From positions 1 through 39,320 of the forward strand of contig JADGBV010000001.1 of the NCBI GenBank assembly GCA_015231345.1: a stretch of 39,320 bases of DNA, in the 5' to 3' direction. This document shows, one piece after another, positions 1-8,525 of this stretch (the stretch's first letter is position 1; each line of letters opens with the position of its first letter). The DNA is from Planctomycetota bacterium. Its GTDB lineage: Bacteria > Planctomycetota > JADGBV01. The notes under the pieces are model-generated. The model was not told the origin of the DNA. It saw only the letters and a program-made list of their open reading frames with translations, and did not search any database. The translations under genes and the position numbers were made by a program.

Positions 1-362
1 CTTCGGCTGCTTCATCTGATGCTGTCTCTGGCGATGCCTCGACTGTGCCGCCTGATGCTGTCTCTGGCGATACTTCGACTGCACCACATGAAGCTATGAC
101 AAATGATGCGTCAACTTCTTCGCCTGAAGCTATGCCTGTTGATGCTTTGAGCTCACCGTCTGAGAATGCTAGTTCTGTCGATGCGAATACTGGGGCTGTG
201 CATCAAGCCTCTTTTTTGCCTTCAAGTAAAGGACTAGCTCAGGCATTTAAGGATGTGCAGGTTGAGAAAACCAGTGAAGGGAATCTGCGCATAGAAGCCA
301 AGGGGGAGTCGGCCCAGCTTCTCGCTGGGATGTTTAGAGGAATGGCTGAGTTGTTTGATTAG
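1..362 (+). CDS. 3' end of a gene entering from upstream; Ser/Asp/Ala/Thr-rich 12-aa tandem-repeat protein of unknown function
   Basis: Frame 3 is open from base 3 to TAG at 360-362. The track ORF (45..362) starts only at an internal GTG. Five 36-bp/12-aa units (SDAVSGDASTVP, PDAVSGDTSTAP, HEAMTNDASTSS, PEAMPVDALSSP, SENASSVDANTG) are followed by a non-repetitive tail. Confidence 0.5.
   Translation, partial: SAASSDAVSGDASTVPPDAVSGDTSTAPHEAMTNDASTSSPEAMPVDALSSPSENASSVDANTGAVHQASFLPSSKGLAQAFKDVQVEKTSEGNLRIEAKGESAQLLAGMFRGMAELFD
15..194 (+). repeat. Five in-frame 36-bp tandem units (coding repeat), decaying 5' to 3'; may continue upstream of the window
   Basis: Direct reading: units 15-50 and 51-86 are nearly identical (tct/cct gat gct gtc tct ggc gat ...). 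Later units are progressively diverged. Confidence 0.7.
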
Positions 363-431
363 ATTGTCGTAGAGTTCAGTGTAAGTTTATTGCTTTTTCT
401 TCGCAATAGACTATTCATTGGAAGTCGTAAT

Positions 432-1319
432 TTAATCTAGTCCGAGTAGTTTTCGGGCCTCTTCCTCAGGGATGCCTTTCTCTATGATATTTTTGAGGGC
501 TTGTTGCAGTTTACCTTCTGCGTCCTTACGCTTCGCTTCTGCATCCTTACGCTTCTCCTCTTCTTCTTTTCTGCCCTCTTCTTTACCTTCATCGAAAGCC
601 GTGTCGATGACGTTATTGAGGTCACGGTAATACTTAAGGCTTTTCTCGTAATTTTCTTTCTCTTTTGGCGTTAGTTTTGCAACTTCAGCTGCTTTGAAAA
701 AGTTTTCAAAGATGTCTTGTTTCAATTCATCCGGAATTGTGTTGAGTGCATTGAGGTGTTTGATGGCATATAGCCATTTGTCCTGCTGAGTTTTTAATTC
801 TGTGCTTGTTTTTTTGAATCTTGGCATCTCCAGGTAAATGAAACTAAGCTTGTCGTAGAAGACCTGATGAGTTTCTTGCTCAGTCAGTTTGACGTCGTAT
901 AGATACTTGTCAGGTGTTTCAGAGTCGTCATCAAAGATGAAGTCAAGGATCGCAATAGTATAGATATTTGAGAGTTTAAAATTCCATTCGCCTTTTTGAG
1001 CCTGTTCTTGGATGGGAAAGGTGCTGTAGAAGAGGGCTCTATCTTTGAAGAACTGTTGCTTCGCTTTTTGCAGCTCCACGATGATGTGAGAGCCATCTGA
1101 TGTCGTGCAATAGAGGTCGAAAATAGCTTTACGATCGAGTTCAAGTGCGCCTAAATGCTCGGTGTTTCGATACTCCAGCTCAACGATAGGTTTCTCTCTG
1201 TCTTCGAGAAGTCCGTTTAGGAAATCGATAAGGCAGTCCTTGGTGGGTTCGGAGCCGAAAAGGCGTTTAAAACCATAATCGGTGAAGAAGTTGATGTATT
1301 TCTCTTTCATGTGCGTCAT
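432..1319 (-). CDS. Rpn-family / PD-(D/E)XK nuclease family transposase-like protein (PDDEXK_2 type)
   Basis: N-terminal YINFFTDYGFKRLFG is typical of this family. There is a PD-(D/E)XK-like core (D..LYCTT....IIVELQKAKQ). The charged C-terminal tail carries a 21-bp duplication (KRKDAEA/KRKDAEG, 518-559). Confidence 0.8.
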   Translation of the reverse strand: MTHMKEKYINFFTDYGFKRLFGSEPTKDCLIDFLNGLLEDREKPIVELEYRNTEHLGALELDRKAIFDLYCTTSDGSHIIVELQKAKQQFFKDRALFYSTFPIQEQAQKGEWNFKLSNIYTIAILDFIFDDDSETPDKYLYDVKLTEQETHQVFYDKLSFIYLEMPRFKKTSTELKTQQDKWLYAIKHLNALNTIPDELKQDIFENFFKAAEVAKLTPKEKENYEKSLKYYRDLNNVIDTAFDEGKEEGRKEEEEKRKDAEAKRKDAEGKLQQALKNIIEKGIPEEEARKLLGLD

Positions 1320-1374
1320 TTTAATGCCGAGGGTTGGTGTGACAGCGAAAAGGCTTGATTATCCAGCTTAGATT

Positions 1375-2691
1375 TCAATATCTGGGGCAATGACTGAAAT
1401 AAGGGTGATCTTCAGGAAGTTGATGTGAAATTCCCCACTTCCAGGTTAAATAGCCTTCTGTTTTTTGACGATTAAGGGTACTGAGGTTTTCAGTAATAAT
1501 GACCTCCGCCAAAAGCCCTTCCATGTCTTTGGATGCATTTCGGTTAGAGAATAGTCGTAAATGTTGATTTTGGGCGATGGGAGTATGGTAATTGTCATGA
1601 CTTGCCTCCAAAAGCCCATCAACATACCGGCTCATACTTTGACTGCTGGTGTCAAAAACGAGTTCGTAAAGATGCAGGGACCCAAGTTTGTTTCCGGATG
1701 ATGTCGGTAAATTCGAGCCTATTCCATCGCAACTCACTGTGGCATGAAATTCTCCAGCAACTTTTGCTTCCCATTGCCAGTCGAAATTCGGTGGGTTATT
1801 ATTCATGGAAATCAATGAGCTAGAGTCTGAACTGGAGTGAGTAACTTTTGCAACAATAAAAATACTTAGATTCCCTGATGTTGAAGAGGTGAAGTTTGTG
1901 CATTCGAGGTAGCTATCTCCTGTGAAATGAATCATTGGTCTTGGGCCAGTGGTGTTGATTAATTGTGGTGCTGTTTCTGAATTTCCTATTGAAAGAGTAT
2001 GATTTTGGCTGCTGCTGTCAGTCCAAGACTGGACTTCAGCTCCCGAAAGGGTGAAGGTGTTTCGGCTGGAAGCATCATATCGGCCTAGAATCCCCTCGTG
2101 GCCATATGGAGTCCAGCTTGGGAACTGCGCAATACTTTGAGGGCTCATCAAAAACCACTGCTTCTGGGAACTGTATAATTCTATATAAGGGTTTCCTTGC
2201 TGTAGCCAGATTGAGGATGAATTGATATTGTCGATATAAACATTTGACGAAATAATCAACTCATTTTCATATATGTGTTTTTTTATGCGATAAATCGAAC
2301 CATCTACAGCGTTAGGGTCGGGTAAATTGAGGATGATATTACTAGAGCTATTACCTGCAAGAATCATAGTCGATTTTAGAGGCGTATTACTTGCTTGAAT
2401 AATTTGAGGTTCAAAGGCCATGGTGCCATTGAGGTGTAGGTTGGCTGAGGAAGGAGCTGTGCGTCCAATACCTACTGATTTGTGAAGTAATGTGGTTCCT
2501 GCCACATCGAGTTTAGCTTTTGGGCTGCCCTGACCAATGATTAATCCAGTGTTGTTTAGTCTAGCATTGGCATTGAAGTCCATTCTGGAATAAAAGTCAA
2601 TATTGCCACTGCATGACTTTACGTCTGTCCACGCCACTGTGATGGATGCAAGGATGATAAAGGCAGCTGAGAAAATGTGGCGTATAATCAA
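1375..2691 (-). CDS. Secreted protein with C-terminal LamG / concanavalin-A-like lectin domain
   Basis: N-terminal signal-like hydrophobic segment (IIRHIFSAAFIILASITVAWT). C-terminal LamG-like block (LSIFIVAKV..., LHLYELVFD..., LRLFSNRN..., LAEVIITENLS) ends in the EGYLTWKWGI...HPY motif common in PVC LamG proteins. An in-frame TAA lies immediately upstream and there is no ATG, so the start is TTG at 2691. Confidence 0.75.
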   Translation of the reverse strand: MIIRHIFSAAFIILASITVAWTDVKSCSGNIDFYSRMDFNANARLNNTGLIIGQGSPKAKLDVAGTTLLHKSVGIGRTAPSSANLHLNGTMAFEPQIIQASNTPLKSTMILAGNSSSNIILNLPDPNAVDGSIYRIKKHIYENELIISSNVYIDNINSSSIWLQQGNPYIELYSSQKQWFLMSPQSIAQFPSWTPYGHEGILGRYDASSRNTFTLSGAEVQSWTDSSSQNHTLSIGNSETAPQLINTTGPRPMIHFTGDSYLECTNFTSSTSGNLSIFIVAKVTHSSSDSSSLISMNNNPPNFDWQWEAKVAGEFHATVSCDGIGSNLPTSSGNKLGSLHLYELVFDTSSQSMSRYVDGLLEASHDNYHTPIAQNQHLRLFSNRNASKDMEGLLAEVIITENLSTLNRQKTEGYLTWKWGISHQLPEDHPYFSHCPRY

Positions 2692-2759
2692 TTAACTATA
2701 TATAATAATTTTTCTATAATATCGAGAAAATGCAGGCGTCAATTGCTTGTTAGCGATTA

Positions 2760-2840
2760 GGGCATGCCCCTTAACGAATACTGAACGGAATAGGCTTTGT
2801 AGAATATCTCTGAACGAATAGCATTTTACGGGCATATGCC
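2760..2840. promoter_or_regulatory. Candidate operator cluster in a divergent intergenic region: two 10-bp palindromes flanking direct repeats
   Basis: GGGCATGCCC at 2760-2769 and GGCATATGCC at 2831-2840 are both perfect palindromes. ctgaacggaatag (2781-2793) and ctgaacgaatag (2810-2821) are direct repeats, and aacgaata also occurs at 2773-2780. Confidence 0.3.
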
Positions 2841-3008
2841 AAAATCGTAAAAAAGGAAAAATCGGAAAATTACGAATTTTCACCGTAGTTTGCGGCTAAT
2901 GGAGGATGATTTATGTGAAGCAGCTAGCTGATGCTTAAAATTTAATGATATCTCCTATTTGAATTCTTAGATTTGTCCTACAATCTGCACTAAGTAGTCA
3001 AAAAAATC

Positions 3009-4730
3009 ATGTCTCACATCCGTCAATTACTTGAATCCAAAGAGTTAACAGAACTCTCTGATGCTATCAAGCTGCATGTTGATCGCTATGGTGAGGCTCT
3101 GAATTTTGAAGACCCCAGTATGAAAAAGAAAGAAATGGGGGTTTTTAGAAGGAAATTAGATGCGGATTTCTGGAAAGTGCTTGAGCAAATTACCCTCAAA
3201 GCGATGCAAAGGGAAAATTTCAGCTTTTCTAAGTCAGAAATGCTGCTCATTAATTTCGGTTTAATGGACTCTAAATTACTTCTTAATAATGAAAGTAGTG
3301 AAAATGAGGAAGAGAATATTGATGAAGATGAACTTCTTGAGAAAACGGAAAAAAAATTAGCCCGTTTTTTGCAACCTTCTTCTTATGCTGGTGATCCAAT
3401 TTATTATTTAACCGAATGGATAATGGGTTGGGAATTAAACTCTGAGTTGTTTGGTGAAAATAATGAGAAGAAAGCTGGGCAAGCATCCAGTCCTGATGAA
3501 TGGATAGACGATAAGAAAGCGCAAAACTATGCGAATATGCGTCTCAATATTTACCGGAAACTCATTGCTGCTCTGAAAAGTCTTCCTGGTGTGAATATGG
3601 CTTTGCTAAAAAGTATTCTTTTAGGAGAATTTGACCGGAATGTGGAGCTGGCATCGGTGGCTGTAAGGATTAATCCAAAGGATGCCACAATTCCTCAACG
3701 CCGGATTGTGGCCATGCATCAAACGCTTCTGGCGCAAATGAAAGCATCACTCACAGACCCAGAGCAAAAGAAACTTGTATTTTTATTGGAGAAAATTAAC
3801 GAATCTCTAATTCAGCGAAGAATTTCTCTAAATGAATTAGAAACTAAAATTGAGCATAAAAAGAAAAAGAAATTCAGTTCTAGTAAGGAGAAATTGATCT
3901 CCAATGAAATCACTTTACTGAAAAACCTGTTGCCTATCGGTGGCATGGAAGGTCGCGAGTTTTTCACCAGTCCTCTTTTGACTGAAATGAAAAACCCTTT
4001 AAATAAGACTTTTGTGGGTGATACGTTGAAGCTGATACGTCAATGTGACCCTCACTTGCCTGAAAATTTACCTGTCGTGATAGTCCCTTATAAGGGCAGT
4101 GGTTTTTTTGAGTGGGATAAAAACACCCTCATTGTGCCAGTCACACCCTCCATTTCTCCTGCTGATACGATTATTCGTGCCGCAGCTAACTATCGTATAC
4201 TTACGGATAATCTTGAAAATCGTGGTGAACTTAAAAGGCAGTACGAAAGGCATTTAGAGAAAGGTAAATTTAAAGAACGCTTTCTTGCTGACTATAGCCT
4301 TTGGGTGAACAACGTCAGCAAAGGTCACCGCAAAATTATGAGTACAAGAAAATTTGATTTTTTCTCAGAGTATATAGGGCCTCCCCCTGAAAAACTTTTT
4401 TGTGACGCTGAAACCTTACACTTATCGAACTATCAGTTACGCAAAAGAGCACAGGCTATACTTGCTTCTCCTAGAATTCAACAAGACGACTATTTTAATT
4501 TAGCGACCTCTTTTTGGATACTAGATGATAAAGTGCGTGCTCTAAGGTATATGGATTTAGCTATGTCATCAGGAAGGCCTTCTCCTAAAATTATGATGGC
4601 TTCAGGGTTGATATACAAGGGCTTGAAGGATCGAGCTCAAGCTATAAAGTCTTTTAAGTCATGCCTGCGTTACTTTAAAGATACTCTCTTTGGTGCCTAT
4701 GCTGCTAGAGAGCTTGAAAAGAAAATATAA
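3009..4730 (+). CDS. Hypothetical 573-aa protein with an acidic low-complexity insert and a TPR-like C-terminus; no family recognised
   Basis: Long ATG-initiated ORF. Possible TPR pair at the C-terminus (DDYFNLATSFWILDDKVRALRYMDLAM...ASGLIYKGLKDRAQAIKSFKSCL). Stop TAA at 4728-4730 lies 4 nt before the clpS ATG. Confidence 0.7.
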   Translation: MSHIRQLLESKELTELSDAIKLHVDRYGEALNFEDPSMKKKEMGVFRRKLDADFWKVLEQITLKAMQRENFSFSKSEMLLINFGLMDSKLLLNNESSENEEENIDEDELLEKTEKKLARFLQPSSYAGDPIYYLTEWIMGWELNSELFGENNEKKAGQASSPDEWIDDKKAQNYANMRLNIYRKLIAALKSLPGVNMALLKSILLGEFDRNVELASVAVRINPKDATIPQRRIVAMHQTLLAQMKASLTDPEQKKLVFLLEKINESLIQRRISLNELETKIEHKKKKKFSSSKEKLISNEITLLKNLLPIGGMEGREFFTSPLLTEMKNPLNKTFVGDTLKLIRQCDPHLPENLPVVIVPYKGSGFFEWDKNTLIVPVTPSISPADTIIRAAANYRILTDNLENRGELKRQYERHLEKGKFKERFLADYSLWVNNVSKGHRKIMSTRKFDFFSEYIGPPPEKLFCDAETLHLSNYQLRKRAQAILASPRIQQDDYFNLATSFWILDDKVRALRYMDLAMSSGRPSPKIMMASGLIYKGLKDRAQAIKSFKSCLRYFKDTLFGAYAARELEKKI

Positions 4731-4734
4731 TGAA

Positions 4735-5070
4735 ATGTTTAGACTTATGCAAACCCAAGATACTCCAGTTTTAGAGCCTGAAACTGGCGTCCAAACCAAG
4801 TTGCGTTATAGTCCACGCTGGCGTATTATTGGTCATAATGATGATGTGACTTCTGTGGAGTTTGTCGTAATACTCCTAATGAAGGTTTTTCATAAATCTG
4901 AACGGAGGGCAAGTGAGTTAACTCTAGAGGTTCACGAGTCTGGAAGTGCAACGTTTTACCTTGGTACCAAGGAGGCTTGTGAGCTCAAAGTTGATCAAGT
5001 CGCTATGATGAACCTGGAATACAGCGAAAATCTTAAGGTCAGTATGGAGCCTATTGAAGACGAGGCTTAG
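4735..5070 (+). CDS. clpS: ATP-dependent Clp protease adaptor ClpS
   Basis: The core PRWRIIGHNDDVTSVEFVVILLMKVFHKSERRASELTLEVHESGSATFYLGTKEACELKVDQV matches ClpS. I prefer ATG 4735 (or 4747) over the track's TTG 4690, which overlaps the upstream gene. Confidence 0.85.
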   Translation: MFRLMQTQDTPVLEPETGVQTKLRYSPRWRIIGHNDDVTSVEFVVILLMKVFHKSERRASELTLEVHESGSATFYLGTKEACELKVDQVAMMNLEYSENLKVSMEPIEDEA

Positions 5071-5113
5071 TCTGCTTGCAACTGCAACTGTCATGAGGCC
5101 TTGCTGACGATTC

Positions 5114-5136
5114 TAGAGAGCAAGAATTGCTCTCTA
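5114..5136. terminator. 10-bp perfect hairpin between convergent clpS and moxR
   Basis: tagagagcaa (5114-5123), loop gaa, ttgctctcta (5127-5136). There is no flanking U-run, so intrinsic-terminator status is uncertain. Confidence 0.4.
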
Positions 5137-5160
5137 TGGTGATGCAGAATTCCAGAAAGC

Positions 5161-6153
5161 TTATAAATACTTCTTGATTAAATCTGCAATAATGCTTTCT
5201 GAGTTAAGGTGATGAGCCTCAGCTGAAAAACTTGGAATAATGCGGTGACGCAATACCGAGGGAGTGATGCTTCGTAAATGTTCCATGCTCGGCGTGGCGC
5301 AGCCTTCAATGGCTGCAGCGCCCTTGGCTGCAAGCAGTAGGTACTGAGAGGCTCTTGGCCCCGCTCCCCAACGAACATTCTCTTTGATGTAATCATCCGC
5401 CTCAGCTCCTTCTGGCCTTGTTGCCCTCACAAGTTTGACGGCTGCATCAATGATGGTATCAGCCAGAGGCATGGCATCGAGTAATTTATACCATTCTTGC
5501 CAGTGAATATCAGGCGTGCTATCAATTTTAAGCTCAGGGAGTGTTCTTGGGCTCATGACTGCAATAGCGCGCTCATCAGTTAACTCAGGGTAATCGATGC
5601 GGATTTTAAACATAAAGCGGTCTAACTGTGCTTCAGGCAGCGGGTAAGTTCCTTCATTTTCTATGGGGTTTTGAGTCGCAAAAACCATGAAGGGAAAGGG
5701 GAGGTCATAGTTGGTTCCGCCAATTGTGACCGAGCGTTCTTGCATGGCTTGGAGTAAAGCCGCTTGTGTTTTCGGAGGAGTTCGGTTGATCTCATCAGCA
5801 AGGAGCATTTGCGCAAAAACTGGGCCTTTTTCAAAGCGTAAATGGCGATTTCCTGTGACTTTATCTTCCTCGAGAAATTCTGCTCCCAAAATATCAGCTG
5901 GCATTAAATCCGGTGTGAATTGAATTCGGCCAAACTGTAAGCCTAAACATGATGATAAGGCTGATACCAAAGTTGTTTTCGCTAGTCCGGGCACGCCCTC
6001 GACTAGTACATGACCACCGGTAATAAGGCTAATCAGTATTTCCTGTACGACTGACTCTTGGCCCATAACGACACGAGACAAGTCTTTTTTGACTTTTTCG
6101 ATGCTCTCGCGGATCATCTTTAAGGTTTGGGCTTCGGTCAATATTTCAGTCAC
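5161..6153 (-). CDS. MoxR-family AAA+ ATPase
   Basis: Walker A GVPGLAKT and Walker B LLADEINR. FTPDLMPADILG and NPIENEGTYPLPEAQLDRF are typical of the MoxR/AAA_3 family. GTG start. Confidence 0.9.
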   Translation of the reverse strand: MTEILTEAQTLKMIRESIEKVKKDLSRVVMGQESVVQEILISLITGGHVLVEGVPGLAKTTLVSALSSCLGLQFGRIQFTPDLMPADILGAEFLEEDKVTGNRHLRFEKGPVFAQMLLADEINRTPPKTQAALLQAMQERSVTIGGTNYDLPFPFMVFATQNPIENEGTYPLPEAQLDRFMFKIRIDYPELTDERAIAVMSPRTLPELKIDSTPDIHWQEWYKLLDAMPLADTIIDAAVKLVRATRPEGAEADDYIKENVRWGAGPRASQYLLLAAKGAAAIEGCATPSMEHLRSITPSVLRHRIIPSFSAEAHHLNSESIIADLIKKYL

Positions 6154-6313
6154 TGGTTTACTTTCACTTTTGAGTAGGTGAAGCAGTTTAGGCCTGATAA
6201 AGAGTAAACAACCAGTTGGAAATCAAAAAGGGGCCTACACGAAGATGATATAGAAGCTGGTTTCGGGCAAAATGCTAAAAAATGCAGCATTTATTCCGGT
6301 TCAAGCGAAATGT

Positions 6314-8473
6314 CTAAGATAAACTGCGGTCGTAATTAAACAAAAAGGCCTTATTGTTTTTCGCTTTCGAGCATAAATATTCATACTCTTGGCTAGGTTT
6401 GGGGGAGCAGACGAGGTCAGCAACCAATTGACTGAGAATGATTTTTTCATTTTTTTGCCGAGAAATATCAAAGGGATCCAAGGACCGGAATACAAAGATA
6501 TCATCTTCTTGAAGAGGGACCATGCGCATATCGCGGCGATCCTCAAAGACTTTTCCTGTGTAGTTGGCATTGATTTCAAAACGAGTCGTCATGAGCTGGG
6601 GGCGACCAAAGACGACAAGACTCAAAGGAAGGGGAGCATTTTGGCAGATGCTTTCAAGTTTTTCGCGATCAGCCTCCACAGAAAGAGTGACCGACTGGGC
6701 TCCGAGTTGGTGTAGCTGCAAAGCGCACAGGGAATTAAGGACTTGGAGGCCTTGTCCAGCTTCGAATGTCACACCTATTTCACGAGCCATTTGCAGTCCT
6801 CCCCAGGAGTTGACTTCCACGGCAAAACCTTTCTCTTTACATAGTTCTAATTTTTTGCGAAGCTCTTCTTCGTTCTTGTCGAAGAAGACTTGTGCCAAAG
6901 CGAAAACTGTTTTTATGTCTTTGTTGATCGTAGACCATTCCTGAATATCTTGTGTACTCGCATTTTCCACAATGAGCTTACTGGGTGTTTTGGTGCATTC
7001 TTCAGAAAATTTGATTAAGTCTTTGTATAGTATGCGTACGCATTCAGGGCGATGACCTAAACGACGATTGTTGCATTCACCAGGTCCTCTTTGATCGAGA
7101 ATGTTTTGAGCTCGCTCAGGCAGTGGGTGTTTGACAACAGATGGTTTGATGCGTGTCGCCCGGTGTAGAAATTTTGAAATACGACTTTGTACTTCTTTTA
7201 AGTTCTTCGGCATGAGTTGGGGTAGTTGCTCTGGCGCCTCCAGTGAGGTTAAAAGCATGGATTGCAAGGGTGTGTATTGCAATGCCTCTAAGGCTTCTCT
7301 CAGGCTTTTTGCTTTCTCCGGACGGCGCATTTTGCCGAGAGACATGGTCCATGATTCTTCTTGTTCGCCAAAACGAATGGAAAAATTCAAATTTCCATTA
7401 AGTAGGCTTACGCTAAGTTCGTAGGAAGGCTTTTCTTCTTCTTGAATATCGAATGGTGTGAATGGGGCTGGGCCATCATCAGTGCTTTTGTTTTTTTTCT
7501 CATCACGGGACAAAAAACAATCACAGTTTGCGCAAGGCATGGTTCGCTTCTCCCCAGTTTTGGGGTCCCTGCCTGTGCATGCTGTTAAATTAGTGCGACT
7601 GCCATCAAGTAAATCGCTCATGATTTTGCGGCCAGAATAATGACCTAATTCTTTGGCTTGGTTGAAAAGGTTTTCGCCGTCGCCACCATCGACGGCATTG
7701 AGGTAAATAGAGGTTGCTTGGCTCACCCACTCTGGGGTTTTGAGTCGCCCTTCTATTTTCAGGCTGGCAACACCAGCTGCCATTAAATCGGGCACACGTT
7801 TAACTAAGGCAATATCGTGTGATGAAAGTGGACGACCGGCTCTTTTTTCTCCCACAGTCCAAGGGACGCGGCATGGACTGGTGCACGTACCGCGGTTTCC
7901 GCTTTTTCCGCCCCCCCAGCTTGATAAGATACAGCGACCGGAAAAGGCAAAGCACATGGCCCCTTGGCAAAAGACCTCTGTTTCGATCTCACTGACTTTA
8001 GAGGCTCCTTGAATCTCTTCGAGACTGAGTTCCCTGGCGAGTATGACGCGTTTGGCCCCTAAGGATTTTGCGGCCCTTACATCGGCGGAAGAACTCATAT
8101 TGGTTTGGGTGCTTAAATGAAAATCTAATTTGGGGAAGTCATTCACAAATAAGAGTAAAGCTGGGTCTCTTAAAATGACAGCATCGAGGCCAATATGTTC
8201 GCAGTAAGCAAGTATTCTGCAGGCATGAGCGACTTCCCTTTCGCTGAGATCAATATTGAGCGTGAGGTAGGCTTTGGCTTTATAGCTGTGCACCCAATCG
8301 ACGGTTTCTTTTAGGTTGGCGGAAGTGAAATTTTGCGCCCCTCGGCGAGCATTAAGAACATCCAACCCAAAATAAACGGCTCCAGCTCCAGCCTCTAATG
8401 CAGCCTCCATGGATTCTCTGCTGCCAGCTGGAGCTAGAACTTCGACTTTGCTATGAGTATTGTTCATTTGCAT
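6314..8473 (-). CDS. Peptidase U32 family protein, long two-module form (719 aa)
   Basis: U32 signature E-x-F-x2-G-[SA]-[LIVM]-C-x4-G-x-C-x-[LIVM]-S is seen as EVFCQGAMCFAFSGRCILS, followed by GTCTSPC. The N-terminus KVEVLAPAG...AGAGAVYFG is typical. The C-terminal half repeats a U32-barrel-like segment (FAVEVNSWGGLQMARE...GAQSVTLSVEA). Confidence 0.85.
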   Translation of the reverse strand: MQMNNTHSKVEVLAPAGSRESMEAALEAGAGAVYFGLDVLNARRGAQNFTSANLKETVDWVHSYKAKAYLTLNIDLSEREVAHACRILAYCEHIGLDAVILRDPALLLFVNDFPKLDFHLSTQTNMSSSADVRAAKSLGAKRVILARELSLEEIQGASKVSEIETEVFCQGAMCFAFSGRCILSSWGGGKSGNRGTCTSPCRVPWTVGEKRAGRPLSSHDIALVKRVPDLMAAGVASLKIEGRLKTPEWVSQATSIYLNAVDGGDGENLFNQAKELGHYSGRKIMSDLLDGSRTNLTACTGRDPKTGEKRTMPCANCDCFLSRDEKKNKSTDDGPAPFTPFDIQEEEKPSYELSVSLLNGNLNFSIRFGEQEESWTMSLGKMRRPEKAKSLREALEALQYTPLQSMLLTSLEAPEQLPQLMPKNLKEVQSRISKFLHRATRIKPSVVKHPLPERAQNILDQRGPGECNNRRLGHRPECVRILYKDLIKFSEECTKTPSKLIVENASTQDIQEWSTINKDIKTVFALAQVFFDKNEEELRKKLELCKEKGFAVEVNSWGGLQMAREIGVTFEAGQGLQVLNSLCALQLHQLGAQSVTLSVEADREKLESICQNAPLPLSLVVFGRPQLMTTRFEINANYTGKVFEDRRDMRMVPLQEDDIFVFRSLDPFDISRQKNEKIILSQLVADLVCSPKPSQEYEYLCSKAKNNKAFLFNYDRSLS

Positions 8474-8525
8474 CTAATCTTTATTCTCATTCATAGTCTG
8501 TATCAGCAGAAGCGAATGGCTTCTA

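Noticed and set aside
2692-2883. 63-aa minus-strand ORF immediately upstream of the LamG gene
   Set aside because: It lies in an AT-rich promoter region, is separated from the LamG ORF by an in-frame TAA, and has a basic, non-protein-like sequence.
4690-4734. TTG 4690 as the clpS start (track ORF)
   Set aside because: It would add 15 non-conserved residues and overlap the upstream gene by 41 nt. ATG 4735 or 4747 fits ClpS length better.
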